NCBI RefSeq assembly: GCF_022539665.2
Contig: NC_081334.1
Span: 1,922,001-1,986,000 of the forward strand
DNA: 64,000 bases
Direction: 5' to 3'
Origin: Daphnia carinata
Taxonomy: Eukaryota
Part shown: positions 43,745 through 54,161 of the stretch, one piece after another
Layout of the letters: each line of letters opens with the position of its first letter
Numbering within the stretch: the stretch's first letter is position 1
The notes under the pieces: model-generated
Told to the model about the DNA's origin: nothing
The model's input: the letters and a program-made list of their open reading frames with translations, nothing else
The model's database searches: none
Made by a program: the position numbers and the translations under genes

Positions 43745-45078
43745 CTCGGAATCAGCATTCGATTGTGAGTATATTGTGTCATTTTCAAGCAATTCCAACG
43801 ATGGTCAATTTTTGACGGTTTTGGAGGCAATTTTCCCACGGTCATTTTCTTCGTTTTTCTCCATTTTGTTAAGCTAATTGTCAAAACAAAGCCGATATTC
43901 ATGATCAGCGTTCAATTTCGCATCGGAATAATGAATTTTTAACTAAATTAAGCAAGGATTACGAAAATTAATATCTTTTACACGTGAACCTTATGGCATT
44001 TGAATGATAAGAAGTGAAAGTTGCTACAGCCCTTACTCTAGCCCCGGACGATCGCTGAAACCCAATGTAGAAAACTGAATATCGTACCAATAGGTGGCTA
44101 TAGTGTTTGGGAGACCGGCTGCAGTAGAAATTCCTGATACAAAGTTGTTACTCGTATTTTATTCGACGCTTAATACTGTTAAATACCATTATTTGGTGCT
44201 AACATACAATTTAACGTAAAAATGTTGGGGCTATATTTTAGGGCATTTTTCCGCTATTACAGTCATTCGTATCATTTTCGCAGCCGACTATGTCGGGCTT
44301 ATTTTGCTATTACCCAAACAAATAGTGAACTATAGAGTGAGTTGTTTATCTTAAAAAGCAAGTGAAATGGAGTTGCAGAAGAGATTGGAGAAGAGTACGG
44401 GCCTTTCACATGGAAGTTTCCTCTCTGCATTTTAAGATATTTTATTTAATAACCTTGTTATCTCTAAACCATCAATCAATTACCAAATTGTTCAAGAAGA
44501 CACCTTCGGCAGATTGACAGTCACTGATAGAAAATCAATAATCTTTGTGAGCCCCTTCGATTGCTGAAAAGGCAAAACACTCCTCAAGTAAGAGGACAAG
44601 ATCCTATCACTGCAACTGAATATTATCAGAGTAACTCCAACCAAATATTCCAAAGTGTTTTCAACTTCAGGCAACAGTTCACTAAAGAAAATGTGAACAT
44701 TCCCTTCGCTATGCAGGGAATGTTGCTGTAGTTATAACAAACAATCAAAGTTGTCTCACAGATTGGATGGGAAAATGGAAAAGGTTTGTCCCTAGATAAC
44801 CCCACCAACCAGTACTGTCACATCACTGCTAATACAGAGAAGGAAATTCAAAAGTTATTTAAAATTGAATAAATATTTTACCATACAAAAATTATCTTAA
44901 GCAAACGATGAGACGGCTATTGACATATTCACGAAGTCTGGCTTTACAAAGTCTAACTACGGCCGCCAGATGTCCCAAATCATTGTTATGAAAAGTTGTA
45001 TCAGAATTGTGCTTGTGCTGTATGTTTTTATTTAATAATAATGTAAACTTATGAGTGTAATCGTGTGAAACTAATTAT

Positions 45079-45411
45079 TTCTGATGGATATCAAATAAAG
45101 GTGAGGGTTTTGAAATATTTTCCTGGATTATTATGTGTATGGTATTGCTTTAAAGTGGTATATGAGTCATACCTGAAAACTGAACTTCAACAACTTTAAA
45201 AGGCCATGTTATATTAATTTACTATAGTTAACGTTTGAAATTGCGCAGATCTTCTATACCTTGTAAAGAAGAACATAGTTCACTTTTTAAATTTTCGAAA
45301 TTTCAACTTCCGGTTTAAGATCCGGTTTGAAAATGCTTAATAACTCACTATCTATTGGTCTGAACAAAAAAAGAATTTCGTAATCGTCGTGAAATTCGTA
45401 ATCCTCGTGAA
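45079..45411 (+). repeat. ~330-bp direct repeat, copy 2
   Basis: Matches 43199-43519. Confidence 0.9.
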
Positions 45412-47350
45412 ATTTGGGGTCGAATCCATGTGTCAGTAGAAAATACCCGAAAATCGTCAAAAATCGCAAATTTCCCTGAACTATAGTTCAGGAAAAATCG
45501 CGATTTTGGCCAAATTGGACTTTTCGCCAAAAGCAGGTCAAAATAGGTCAGACACACCTTAAATGTCACGAGGATCACGAAAATCATATTCGTTTTGTTG
45601 TGGGCCTAGTATTTCTGGAGATATAGGCTACTTCCGATCACTTCTGGTAATTTTTTTTTTTCAACTTGGCATAAAGTAAAAAATGAACATTAATATGCCA
45701 AACATTTTAAGCATTTTGATTATAAATGAAATGGGTTGGCGGCTTTTTTCGTGTTTGTTTTGCTATTTCATTATTGGTTGATCGCGCGAGTTGCATATAC
45801 TTATAACACTACTTCGTTAACAGAGACTACTAGCATTATGTATCACACTAATGGGAAGGTATACCTGATAAGTATAGATGAAGATATACCTCGTGCTATT
45901 ATTATAACCTTATCATGCACGGCCATCTGATGTACAGTCTGGTTTAGAAATAAGCCCGACTTTTTCTTATTTTACGTTACGCTGTAGTGTACTGGCACGC
46001 TAGGGGAAATTGCGGAATACTAATAGCGCCCTAATGTCTCATTAACTATAAAATTCGTATGTTGAATGTGCAACACATTCTGTTAATTTTTTTTTCGATG
46101 TCAATTTTGTCCGGCTTTTCATTACTCGTAACAAACGAATATACTCGCTGGAAAGTTGCGTTCTGCGATTTTATGGGTATTATACATCTCTGATTCGTTT
46201 CGTTGTGTAATTAGTAGTTCAGAAGTTCTTCGTTACTTCCGACACACTTCGGAAATGTGCATACAATCTGTAAGGAACCTTGAATTAAAAATCTAATCAA
46301 TCACTGGGGGTATATTTAAAATTCGAGAATGCTTATCGTATGAAGATTTAAAACCTCGGTTGCTTCGCATTAAAACCCGAAAGATTGAACGCTACCGTCG
46401 TCTGTCATGTCCGCCATTAGCCATGTCACCATGCAAACATTTTTGCCCTGTTGTTTTTTTTTAGTTTCCCCCCTGTTTTGTGCGTCTACATCAACGAGTA
46501 AGTAACATACGATCATTATTTTTATTCAGGCATTATTATTTTGCTTTATTGTTAGAATTAGGAAGATGGAAGCGTTTTAAGTAAACCAGCAATGATAAGT
46601 TGAACACAGATAGTAAGGAAGTCGATGCTCAGCCGGTGCCTTGGAAAATCAGCCGTATGATTTTTGTACCGTAAAATATCTTTAAGCTCTTCTTCAGAGC
46701 ATAACAGAAATATTGTTGCCAAATTGTTGAGTATTACTTGGCAGTGAGTCTTACATAGAATTGTGCGTAGAGGTTAAAGGATTGGCTTAACTGTTTCAAT
46801 AACGAGCACACTAGCTGAGCTATCAGTATTTAACTTATCAGCCTTTTTCATCTGTATCGTAATAATGTAAACTAAATGATTTATTAACCTTTTCCAAGTT
46901 TGTATTCAATATCGTGACTTCTGTTGTACTAAATATTTGTTTGTTTGAACTTCTTGAATCTATGTTCAACTAACAAAGCTTTATGACAACTCTTTGTGAC
47001 AAGCTCTTTTTGAAGAAGATTGAACATATGGAATGTTTGATAACCATTTAGCAAAGGATTTCTTTTGAATGAAAAACTATTTTACAGAAGTAACATTCCG
47101 TGTCTTCAGTCTGTTCATATTATGGTCCCAGTAATCCTGGGAAACTAATCGAGCTAGTTTTCGTTATTTAATTTGTATCATTTTTAAAGTCCTGGTAAAC
47201 CATAAACATACTTAGATCTCTTTTATTAAATTCGTGTGTTGTTCTTTTAACTCATTCCTTTACATCTGTTACAATTTCATAGGGTCAATAAAAAAAAAAT
47301 CCTGATAGTCGCCTCATCGCCATCGCCATCGCTGTCTTCGCCATCGCCAT

Positions 47351-47770
47351 CTCCATCGCCATCTCCATCGCCTTCTCCATCGCCTTCTCCATCGCCTTCT
47401 CCATCGCCTTCTCCATCGCCGCCTCCATCGCCGCCTCCATCGCCGCCTCCATCGCCGCCTCCATCGCCGCCTCCATCGCCGTCTCCATCGCCGTCTCCAT
47501 CGCCGTCTCCATCGCCGCCTCCATCGCCGCCTCCATCGCCGCCTCCATCGCCGTCTCCATCGCCGCCTCCATCGCCGTCTCCATCGCCGCCTCCATCGCC
47601 GTCTCCATCGCCGTCTCCATCGCCGTCTCCATCGCCGTCTCCATCGCCGTCTCCATCGCCGCCTCCATCGCCGTCTCCATCGCCGCCTCCATCGCCGTCT
47701 CCATCGCCGCCTCCATCGCCGCCTCCATCGCCGCCTCCATCGCCGCCTCCATCGCCGCCTCCATCGCCGT
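47351..47770. repeat. 12-bp VNTR (CTCCATCGCCNN) x35
   Basis: 35 consecutive 12-mers varying only in the last two bases (GC/GT/TT/AT). Confidence 0.97.
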
Positions 47771-47837
47771 CATCTCATCGCCATCTACGGGATTCGCATT
47801 GGTATTGTTTTGTTTTGCATTCTAGTGTATTAGTTAA

Positions 47838-48139
47838 CCTGTTGGCTGCCACGCCGTTTGCTCCTATTTTTTTTGGTAGTTGTAGGGACTAGGGCGCTGT
47901 TCTCCTCATGGCCATGGGGGGAACAGGCGCCCTTAGGCAATGCACCAGCAGGGACTTCTCCTTGTCGGCGCAGTGATAGATTATCCAGGGGTGTGCATTC
48001 CCGGAATGGACTCTATCACTGTGCCAGCCCGGGCTTGTCTTCGGACAAGCCCCACCTTGGTCGGGGATCCTTCGGACCCGACATGTAGCAACTGTAGTTT
48101 ATAGCAACCATTGTGTTGCATGGCGTGGCAGCCAACAGG
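47838..48139. mobile_element. 302-bp piggyBac-type MITE
   Basis: TTAA at 47834-47837 and 48140-48143 flank perfect 18-bp TIRs CCTGTTGGCTGCCACGCC / GGCGTGGCAGCCAACAGG. A TTAA TSD with CC...GG termini is the piggyBac signature. Confidence 0.9.
47876..48095 (+). ncRNA. Unidentified highly structured RNA (hairpin, pseudoknot, two CUUCGG hairpins) inside the MITE
   Basis: ~20-bp hairpin 47891-47933; AATGCAC(47939)/GTGCATT(47993) crossing the 14-bp stem 47967-47980/48012-48025; GGGCTTGTC-TTCG-GACAAGCCC; GTCGGG..CTTCGG..CCCGAC. Multiple G-U pairs occur only on the + strand. Confidence 0.65.
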
Positions 48140-49560
48140 TTAATTTAGTTAAGTGTATATATGTACTTATGTATTTGTATGTATATATATGTAATGTAAA
48201 ATAGTGGTGGAATTGAAGGGTGGAGGTGGGACAATAAAACCAATTTAAAATTTATATATTTGTTTTGTGTATTTCATTTTTATGGTAGTTGACTTATTAA
48301 AAGTCAAAAGATAAACTTAGCTTATTTTTTTCTATCAACTGTTTGACTTGAATTCTAGCCATAGCAAAGAAATATTGCTACAAAATTTCTTTCTTTGTTC
48401 AAATTTACTGTCAACTACAAAAAAAAACTAAGAATCTCTAAACACAATTGGCAAAGATGGTATGTAAACCCAAGTTATCAGTGACCAGCACAATGTGACA
48501 CTTGACTAGCCACTTAGTAATAAAGAAATGACCAAACTCATCTCGAAGCTTTCTCCGTTTCTTGAATGAATAAGTAATCCAACAATACAACAATGATACT
48601 GGAAATTTTTCATTTACACTGATAATGAAACATCAACAGCATTCCTTTCTGGTGAATGACTCTGCTGCCACCACGTCACACCAGGTATCTCCCAAAAATC
48701 TAGAAGTACAGTTAAAAATTAAACCATAAATTGTAAGATAGCCTACGAGTACCTTACGGAATCTGGATCTGAGAAATTTTGGATCTAAGAGATCCAGGTT
48801 GCAAAGACTATTGTTAAGAACTGCCTTCTGCAAGTAGCAACCTTTGGTAATAAATGTGTAGTTGCCTAACAGAGATGAAAAACTGGGTTAAATCAAGCTA
48901 TGCACCGAAGCGGTGTATTGGACTAATGGAGATCAAAAACGTGCTGGCTAAGTGAAGCAATGCTCGTCTTATGAATAATTATAGAATGTGTTACACAATA
49001 GTTTACGAATGAATAGCTGCCATAATACCGTTAAGAAATTACTCTTACTTTTTAGCACAGATTCAACCCACAAAATCCAGGGATAGGCACGGCGAAATCG
49101 ACGGTAAAATTTCGAGAAGGAAGACGTTCATTTCATGCTTCCAACCTAAATCCGACGCCACGCGAAATGAAACAGCTGACAGAAATTTTGGCAGAATAGC
49201 TGACGTGGTGGCTTTGAAAACGAATCGGAGTTAGCCACTGGTCCACTAGATGTCTTGAAAAATATGCATCACAGAATTATTTGACGTGTAAAACGAAAAA
49301 AAAAACAATATTTTTTATTTTTATTTTGGGTAAAATGGGTTGCCATATATGGCAATCCGTTTTACATGGAAAAAAAAAAAAAAATGGCGGAAAAAAAAAA
49401 AAAAAAATCACACTTTTTTCTCTTTTTTCCACCCGTAGCCATCTACCCGTCGGTTTCGTTATTACAAGTATGTATGCAATTTCAGTTAATTGTATGCCAT
49501 TAGCATTTAATTGAGCAGCGTGGCTGGAGAAAACTGCGTGGCTGGAGGAGCAATTGAAAA

Positions 49561-50328
49561 ATGGATAAGATAATAAAACAAAAAAGTGGTAAGTATAAAC
49601 ATTATTATATTGGTTTTCAATTATTAATTATTGTTTATTAGATCAAATAATGAAGCTGCAGGCCCAGTTATTGGAACAACACAAAATATTAGATAACAAC
49701 GAAGCTAAGGATGGTAGGCCTAATACGTAATGATTCTATTTATTTGCTTTTATTCATTCGTGTTTTGTAGCTCAAATTTTTGAGTCTACAAGCTCAGCTA
49801 GGGGAAAAGAACAAATTGGAACAAAACAGTTTCCAAACAGTGAAGGAGGTTTTTCAAAACTCATCCCTAACTGAACGTGAGGATGAGTTGGCATTAGGTG
49901 AACACAGTCAGGTGCCTAAACTTTCCAAATAAGAATTCCAAATAAATATAGAATTTTAACAAACAATTATTTATTGTTTAGTTATTCAGTCCACCACCTG
50001 ACAGTGTGTTAAATTTAAATTCTGTTAGTGCTGCACTAAAAGAATTGTTAGTAATAAGTCCATGCAGCGAAGGAACTGAAGAAATGTGGTACTGTATTTG
50101 GGCGGAAAATGGGTGTGGTATGGAAACACAGAAATGGCATGAGTTCAACCTAAAACATGGATTAGGTACTTCCCCGTTCTTTGTCTATCGAAAAAAGTAT
50201 TTTTAATGCTATTATTTTGCATTCACAGATTTTAACGGGGGATCAAGTAAAATCTGGAAGTGTTACAAGATGGAAGAGTGAGCCTACAGATGAAAAAACA
50301 CTGAGAGTGCATTACCGTAAGGTGTGAG
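49561..50328 (+). pseudogene. Multi-exon coiled-coil gene copy in left arm (frameshifted)
   Basis: Exons 49561-49588, 49642-49713, 49771-~49897 and further, with GT-AG introns. Reads MDKIIKQKSDQIMKLQAQLLEQHK...; an extra T at ~49777-49781 breaks the frame relative to the right arm. Confidence 0.6.
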
Positions 50329-51091
50329 GTAAATTAATAGAGTAATGCAAATTGCCTAATGAGAAGTACCATCTTGTGTTAATGAATCCAGTACAACAGC
50401 AATCCTTTATAGTTCTGTCACAGCTAGAAGCCTCAAATAATTCTGCTTCTCTGTCTAAAGAACAACTTGTCCTTTACGTTCAGAGTGTTGGGGAAACTGG
50501 GTACTTAAATGGCCCTAAAGATGTTTTAATTTTGCTGCTATTGCAGAGATGAACATCATACATGGACTCTTTAGGTATGAAAGGATTTTTCTTCAAATAA
50601 TTTTGAATTTATGACGAAGAATTTCTCCTCCTTTTTGCCAACCAGGTCTTATCTACCAAAAAAAAATTTATCCAATAGGAAATGATTTTCATGTACTGGG
50701 AACACAACTATCAACAATGCAACATTCTACAGGTGCTAGTTTATCATTCAAGAGCCTTATACAATGAAGTTAATCTGCAATTTGTATGTCCTTTCCCAAG
50801 CTTCCACCAGAAGTTGAATCTATGAGTCATGTAAGTTCCATGATCAACAATTGATGTGTTTAACGGTGTTGTTTTTCTTTTCTCAATATAGGTTAATAGT
50901 AACATTGGATCTGAAAAGATTCTTGGTTGGGGCAAGACACTGAATAAATTGTATTGATTGGATGGATGACATGACATTGCTATACTTAATTCGGATTCCC
51001 CAGACGGTATTTGATATTAAAAAAATTGAAGTGCATATCTGGGCTCCCTTCTTTTCTGAAGCCCCGTTTCCCCTTGACTCATAATAAGCCC

Positions 51092-51374
51092 GTAGGGGGT
51101 CATGCCCCTACTGTACGGTATATATAAAAACAACATATACCGAGGTTTGGAGGGCTCTGGCCGGAAAGGGGACGTGGGGTGCCGCTTCGTCCGATGATGT
51201 GTTCACGGAGGGTGACGTGGCTGCCCACAAATCCGAACTAAAGGTTAATCGCTCCTGTAAAAATGTTCCAAATCTTCAGCTCTTCTTCCGGCTTCTCTTA
51301 GCCAATCACCGGGTAATCTCCCCGGTGGGTCAACAAGGCAGTGTCTCCCCCTGCCTGGGTTGACGGCAACTTTT
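51092..51374 (+). ncRNA. Unidentified GC-rich pseudoknotted RNA (left-arm copy)
   Basis: GAGGTTTGGAG(51142)/TTCCAAATCTT(51266) crosses GGCCGGAAAGGGG(51159)/CTCTTCTTCCGGCT(51280); internal stem 51174-51228; hairpins 51307-51327 and 51329-51364; TATATATAAAAA at 51119 and TTTT at 51371. G-U pairs favour the + strand. Confidence 0.6.
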
Positions 51375-51690
51375 GAAAGTGCTATTGTGCCTTTTTAAAG
51401 TTGCAAAAATAATTGTAATGTGCAGAGAATTGTCAATAAAATTTTTTTTATAAAATATTTTTTGCAAAATTCGTTTCTTTCATTGTCTGTATTCGCTGTG
51501 TTCATACGTTACACTTTTTATATTTAGCTTGCTTAATTCACCTTTATTGTTTTTGTCACCTTTGATGGTAAGCATTGTTTCCATTGGTTTACCGTTAATC
51601 TGTAAGTATTATTTATTACATTCTTTGAATTCTTCAACTTAGATTCAAGGAACAATCTGGATATTTTATGAAGTAATTTTGTATTTTATT

Positions 51691-51758
51691 TTACTCGTAT
51701 GGGAACCGATCCCCAGACATTCAGCGTGCAACGCCGATGCTCTAACATTGAGCCACGA
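51691..51758 (-). pseudogene. tRNA-like (tRNA-Ala-like) sequence
   Basis: rc = TCGTGGCTCAATGTTAGAGCATCGGC-GTTGCAC-GCTGAATGTCTGGGGATCGGTTCCCAT: A-box/D-arm, anticodon stem with TGC, degenerate B-box; no acceptor stem. Confidence 0.55.
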
Positions 51759-51860
51759 TATATATTTAAATATTTTATTATCGCATATCATATGTTATCG
51801 TCTAGGATGTTTATGCAGTCTTTCACAACTATATGTTTATCTTTCTATTGCTTCCATAAG

Positions 51861-51921
51861 GTTCTTAGCTCTGTGGTAGAGCTTTTGTCTGCGATTCTGT
51901 TACCCTGGGTTCAAACCTCAG
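51861..51921 (+). pseudogene. Degenerate tRNA-like sequence in the palindrome spacer
   Basis: TAGCTCTGTGGTAGAGC (A-box) ... CTGGGTTCAAACCTCAG (B-box/T-arm). Confidence 0.5.
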
Positions 51922-52049
51922 TAAATGGGTTAAAATGAAGTAGAATAATGTAGAAGAGTATATTGCAGAATTGCATTTCAGTTTTATTCTAAGTGTAAAT
52001 GCAAGTCCACAAGTGACTAGAAAAAAAAGCCAACTTAAAATCATAAGAT

Positions 52050-52110
52050 TCGTGGCTCATTGGTAGAGCATCGGCGAGGTATGCCGAACATCCAGGGTTC
52101 GATCCCTGGA
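52050..52110 (+). pseudogene. tRNA-like sequence with intact A and B boxes
   Basis: TGGCTCATTGGTAGAGC, stem TCGGC-GAGGTAT-GCCGA, CCAGGGTTCGATCCCTGG; no acceptor stem. Confidence 0.6.
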
Positions 52111-52352
52111 TAATAATAGAATGCTTACAGATAAACGATAAACCAATACCCGTCACCTTATCATCAATTGTGACAAAAACAAAATAAGCAAAGCCAAACA
52201 AAAAATTGATAAATGCAACGTGTGAACAAAGCTAACACAGACAATGAAAGAAACGAATTTTGCAAAAAACATTTTATAAAAAATTTTTTATTGACAATTC
52301 TCTGCACATTACAATTATTTTTGCAACTTTAAAAAGGCAGAATAGCCCTTTC

Positions 52353-52635
52353 AAAAGTTGCCGTCAACCCAGGCAGGGGGAGACACTGCCTTGTTGACCC
52401 ACCGGGGAGATTACCCGGTGATTGGCTAAGAGAAGCCGGAAGAAGAGCTGAAGATTTGGAACATTTTTACAGGAGCGATTAACCTTTAGTTCGGATTTGT
52501 GGGCAGCCACGTCACCCTCCGTGAACACATCATCGGACGAAGCGGCACCCCACGTCCCCTTTCCGGCCAGAGCCCTCCAAACCTCGGTATATGTTGTTTT
52601 TATATATACCGTACAGTAGGGGCATGACCCCCTAC
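52353..52635 (-). ncRNA. Identical right-arm copy of the pseudoknotted RNA
   Basis: Reverse complement of 51092-51374 with no difference spotted by eye. Confidence 0.6.
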
Positions 52636-53399
52636 GGGCTTATTATGAGTCAAGGGGAAACGGGGCTTCAGAAAAGAAGGGAGCCCAGATATGCACTTCA
52701 ATTTTTTAAATATCAAATACCGTCTGGGGAATCCGAATTAAGTATAGCAATGTCATGTCATCCATCCAATCAATACAATTTATTCAGTGTCTTGCCCCAA
52801 CCAAGAATCTTTTCAGATCCAATGTTACTATTAACCTATATTGAGAAAAGAAAAACAACACCGTTAAACACATCAATTGTTGATCATGGAACTTACATGA
52901 CTCATAGATTCAACTTCTGGTGGAAGCTTGGGAAAGGACATACAAATTGCAGATTAACTTCATTGTATAAGGCTCTTGAATGATAAACTAGCACCTGTAG
53001 AATGTTGCATTGTTGATAGTTGTGTTCCCAGTACATGAAAATCATTTCCTATTGGATAAATTTTTTTTTGGTAGATAAGACCTGGTTGGCAAAAAGGAGG
53101 AGAAATTCTTCGTCATAAATTCAAAATTATTTGAAGAAAAATCCTTTCATACCTAAAGAGTCCATGTATGATGTTCATCTCTGCAATAGCAGCAAAATTA
53201 AAACATCTTTAGGGCCATTTAAGTACCCAGTTTCCCCAACACTCTGAACGTAAAGGACAAGTTGTTCTTTAGACAGAGAAGCAGAATTATTTGAGGCTTC
53301 TAGCTGTGACAGAACTATAAAGGATTGCTGTTGTACTGGATTCATTAACACAAGATGGTACTTCTCATTAGGCAATTTGCATTACTCTATTAATTTACC

Positions 53400-54161
53400 T
53401 CACACCTTATGGTAATGCACTCTCAGTGTTTTTTCATCTGTAGGCTCACTCTTCCATCCTGTAACACTTCCAGACTTGATTTGATCCCCCGTTAAAATCT
53501 GTGAATGCAAAATAATAGCATTAAAAATACTGTTTCGATAGACAAAAAACCGAAAAGTACCTAATCCATGTTTCATGTTGAACTTGTGCCATTTCTGGGT
53601 TTCTGTACCACACCCATTTTCGGCCCAAATATCTTCCCACAATTGTTCAGTTCCTTCACTGCATGAGCTTATTACTAACGATTCTTTTAGTGCAGCACTA
53701 ACAGAATTTAAATTTAACACACTGTCATGTGGTGGACTGAATAACTAAGCAATAAATAACTGTTTTTTAAAATTCTATACTTATTTTGAATTCTTATTTG
53801 AAAACTTTAGGTACCTGGCTGTGTTCGCCTAATGCCAACTCATCCTCACGTTCAGTTAGAGATGAGTTTTGAAAAACCTCCTTCACTGTTTGGAAACTGT
53901 TCCATTCCAATTTGTTCTTTTCCCCTAGCTGAGCTTGAAGACTCAAAATTTGAGCTACAAAACACGAATGAATAAAAGCAAATAAATAGAATCATTACGT
54001 GTTAGGCCTACAATCCTTAGCTTTGTTATCTAATATTTTGTGTTGTTCCAATAACTGGGCCTGCAGCTTCATAATTTGATCTAATAAACAATAATTAATA
54101 ATTGAAAACCAATATAATAATGTTTATACTTACCATTTTTTTGTTTTATTATCTTATCCAT
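53400..54161 (-). pseudogene. Multi-exon coiled-coil gene copy in right arm
   Basis: Mirror copy; its third exon reads QILSLQAQLGEKNKLEWNSFQTVKEVFQNSSLTEREDELAL in frame. Confidence 0.55.

Larger units (their letters stand above)
49345..51758 (+). repeat. Left arm of ~5-kb palindrome
   Basis: Reverse complement of 52050-54369; identical ORF translations (50352-50552 vs 53175-53375; 50744-50977 vs the 3' part of 52591-52983). Confidence 0.97.

Noticed and set aside
44480..44873. G-patch-like SQIGWENGKGL
   Set aside because: It is preceded by in-frame stops, and an alternative frame looks equally protein-like; at most an unidentifiable decayed coding remnant.
47285..47773. 162-aa (METAMEAA)n protein
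   Set aside because: The ORF is a by-product of a stop-free 12-bp repeat; another frame is more plausible.
51142..51374. Telomerase RNA, RNase MRP/P, 7SK or HDV-like ribozyme identity
   Set aside because: There is no CCTAA-type template on the G-U-favoured strand, no GAAAGTCCCC/GGAAGGTCTGAG CR-I box, no paired GATC motifs, and no HDV L3/P1.1/J4-2 consensus.
51691..52110. Functional tRNA genes
   Set aside because: No acceptor stems; non-canonical anticodon and T loops.
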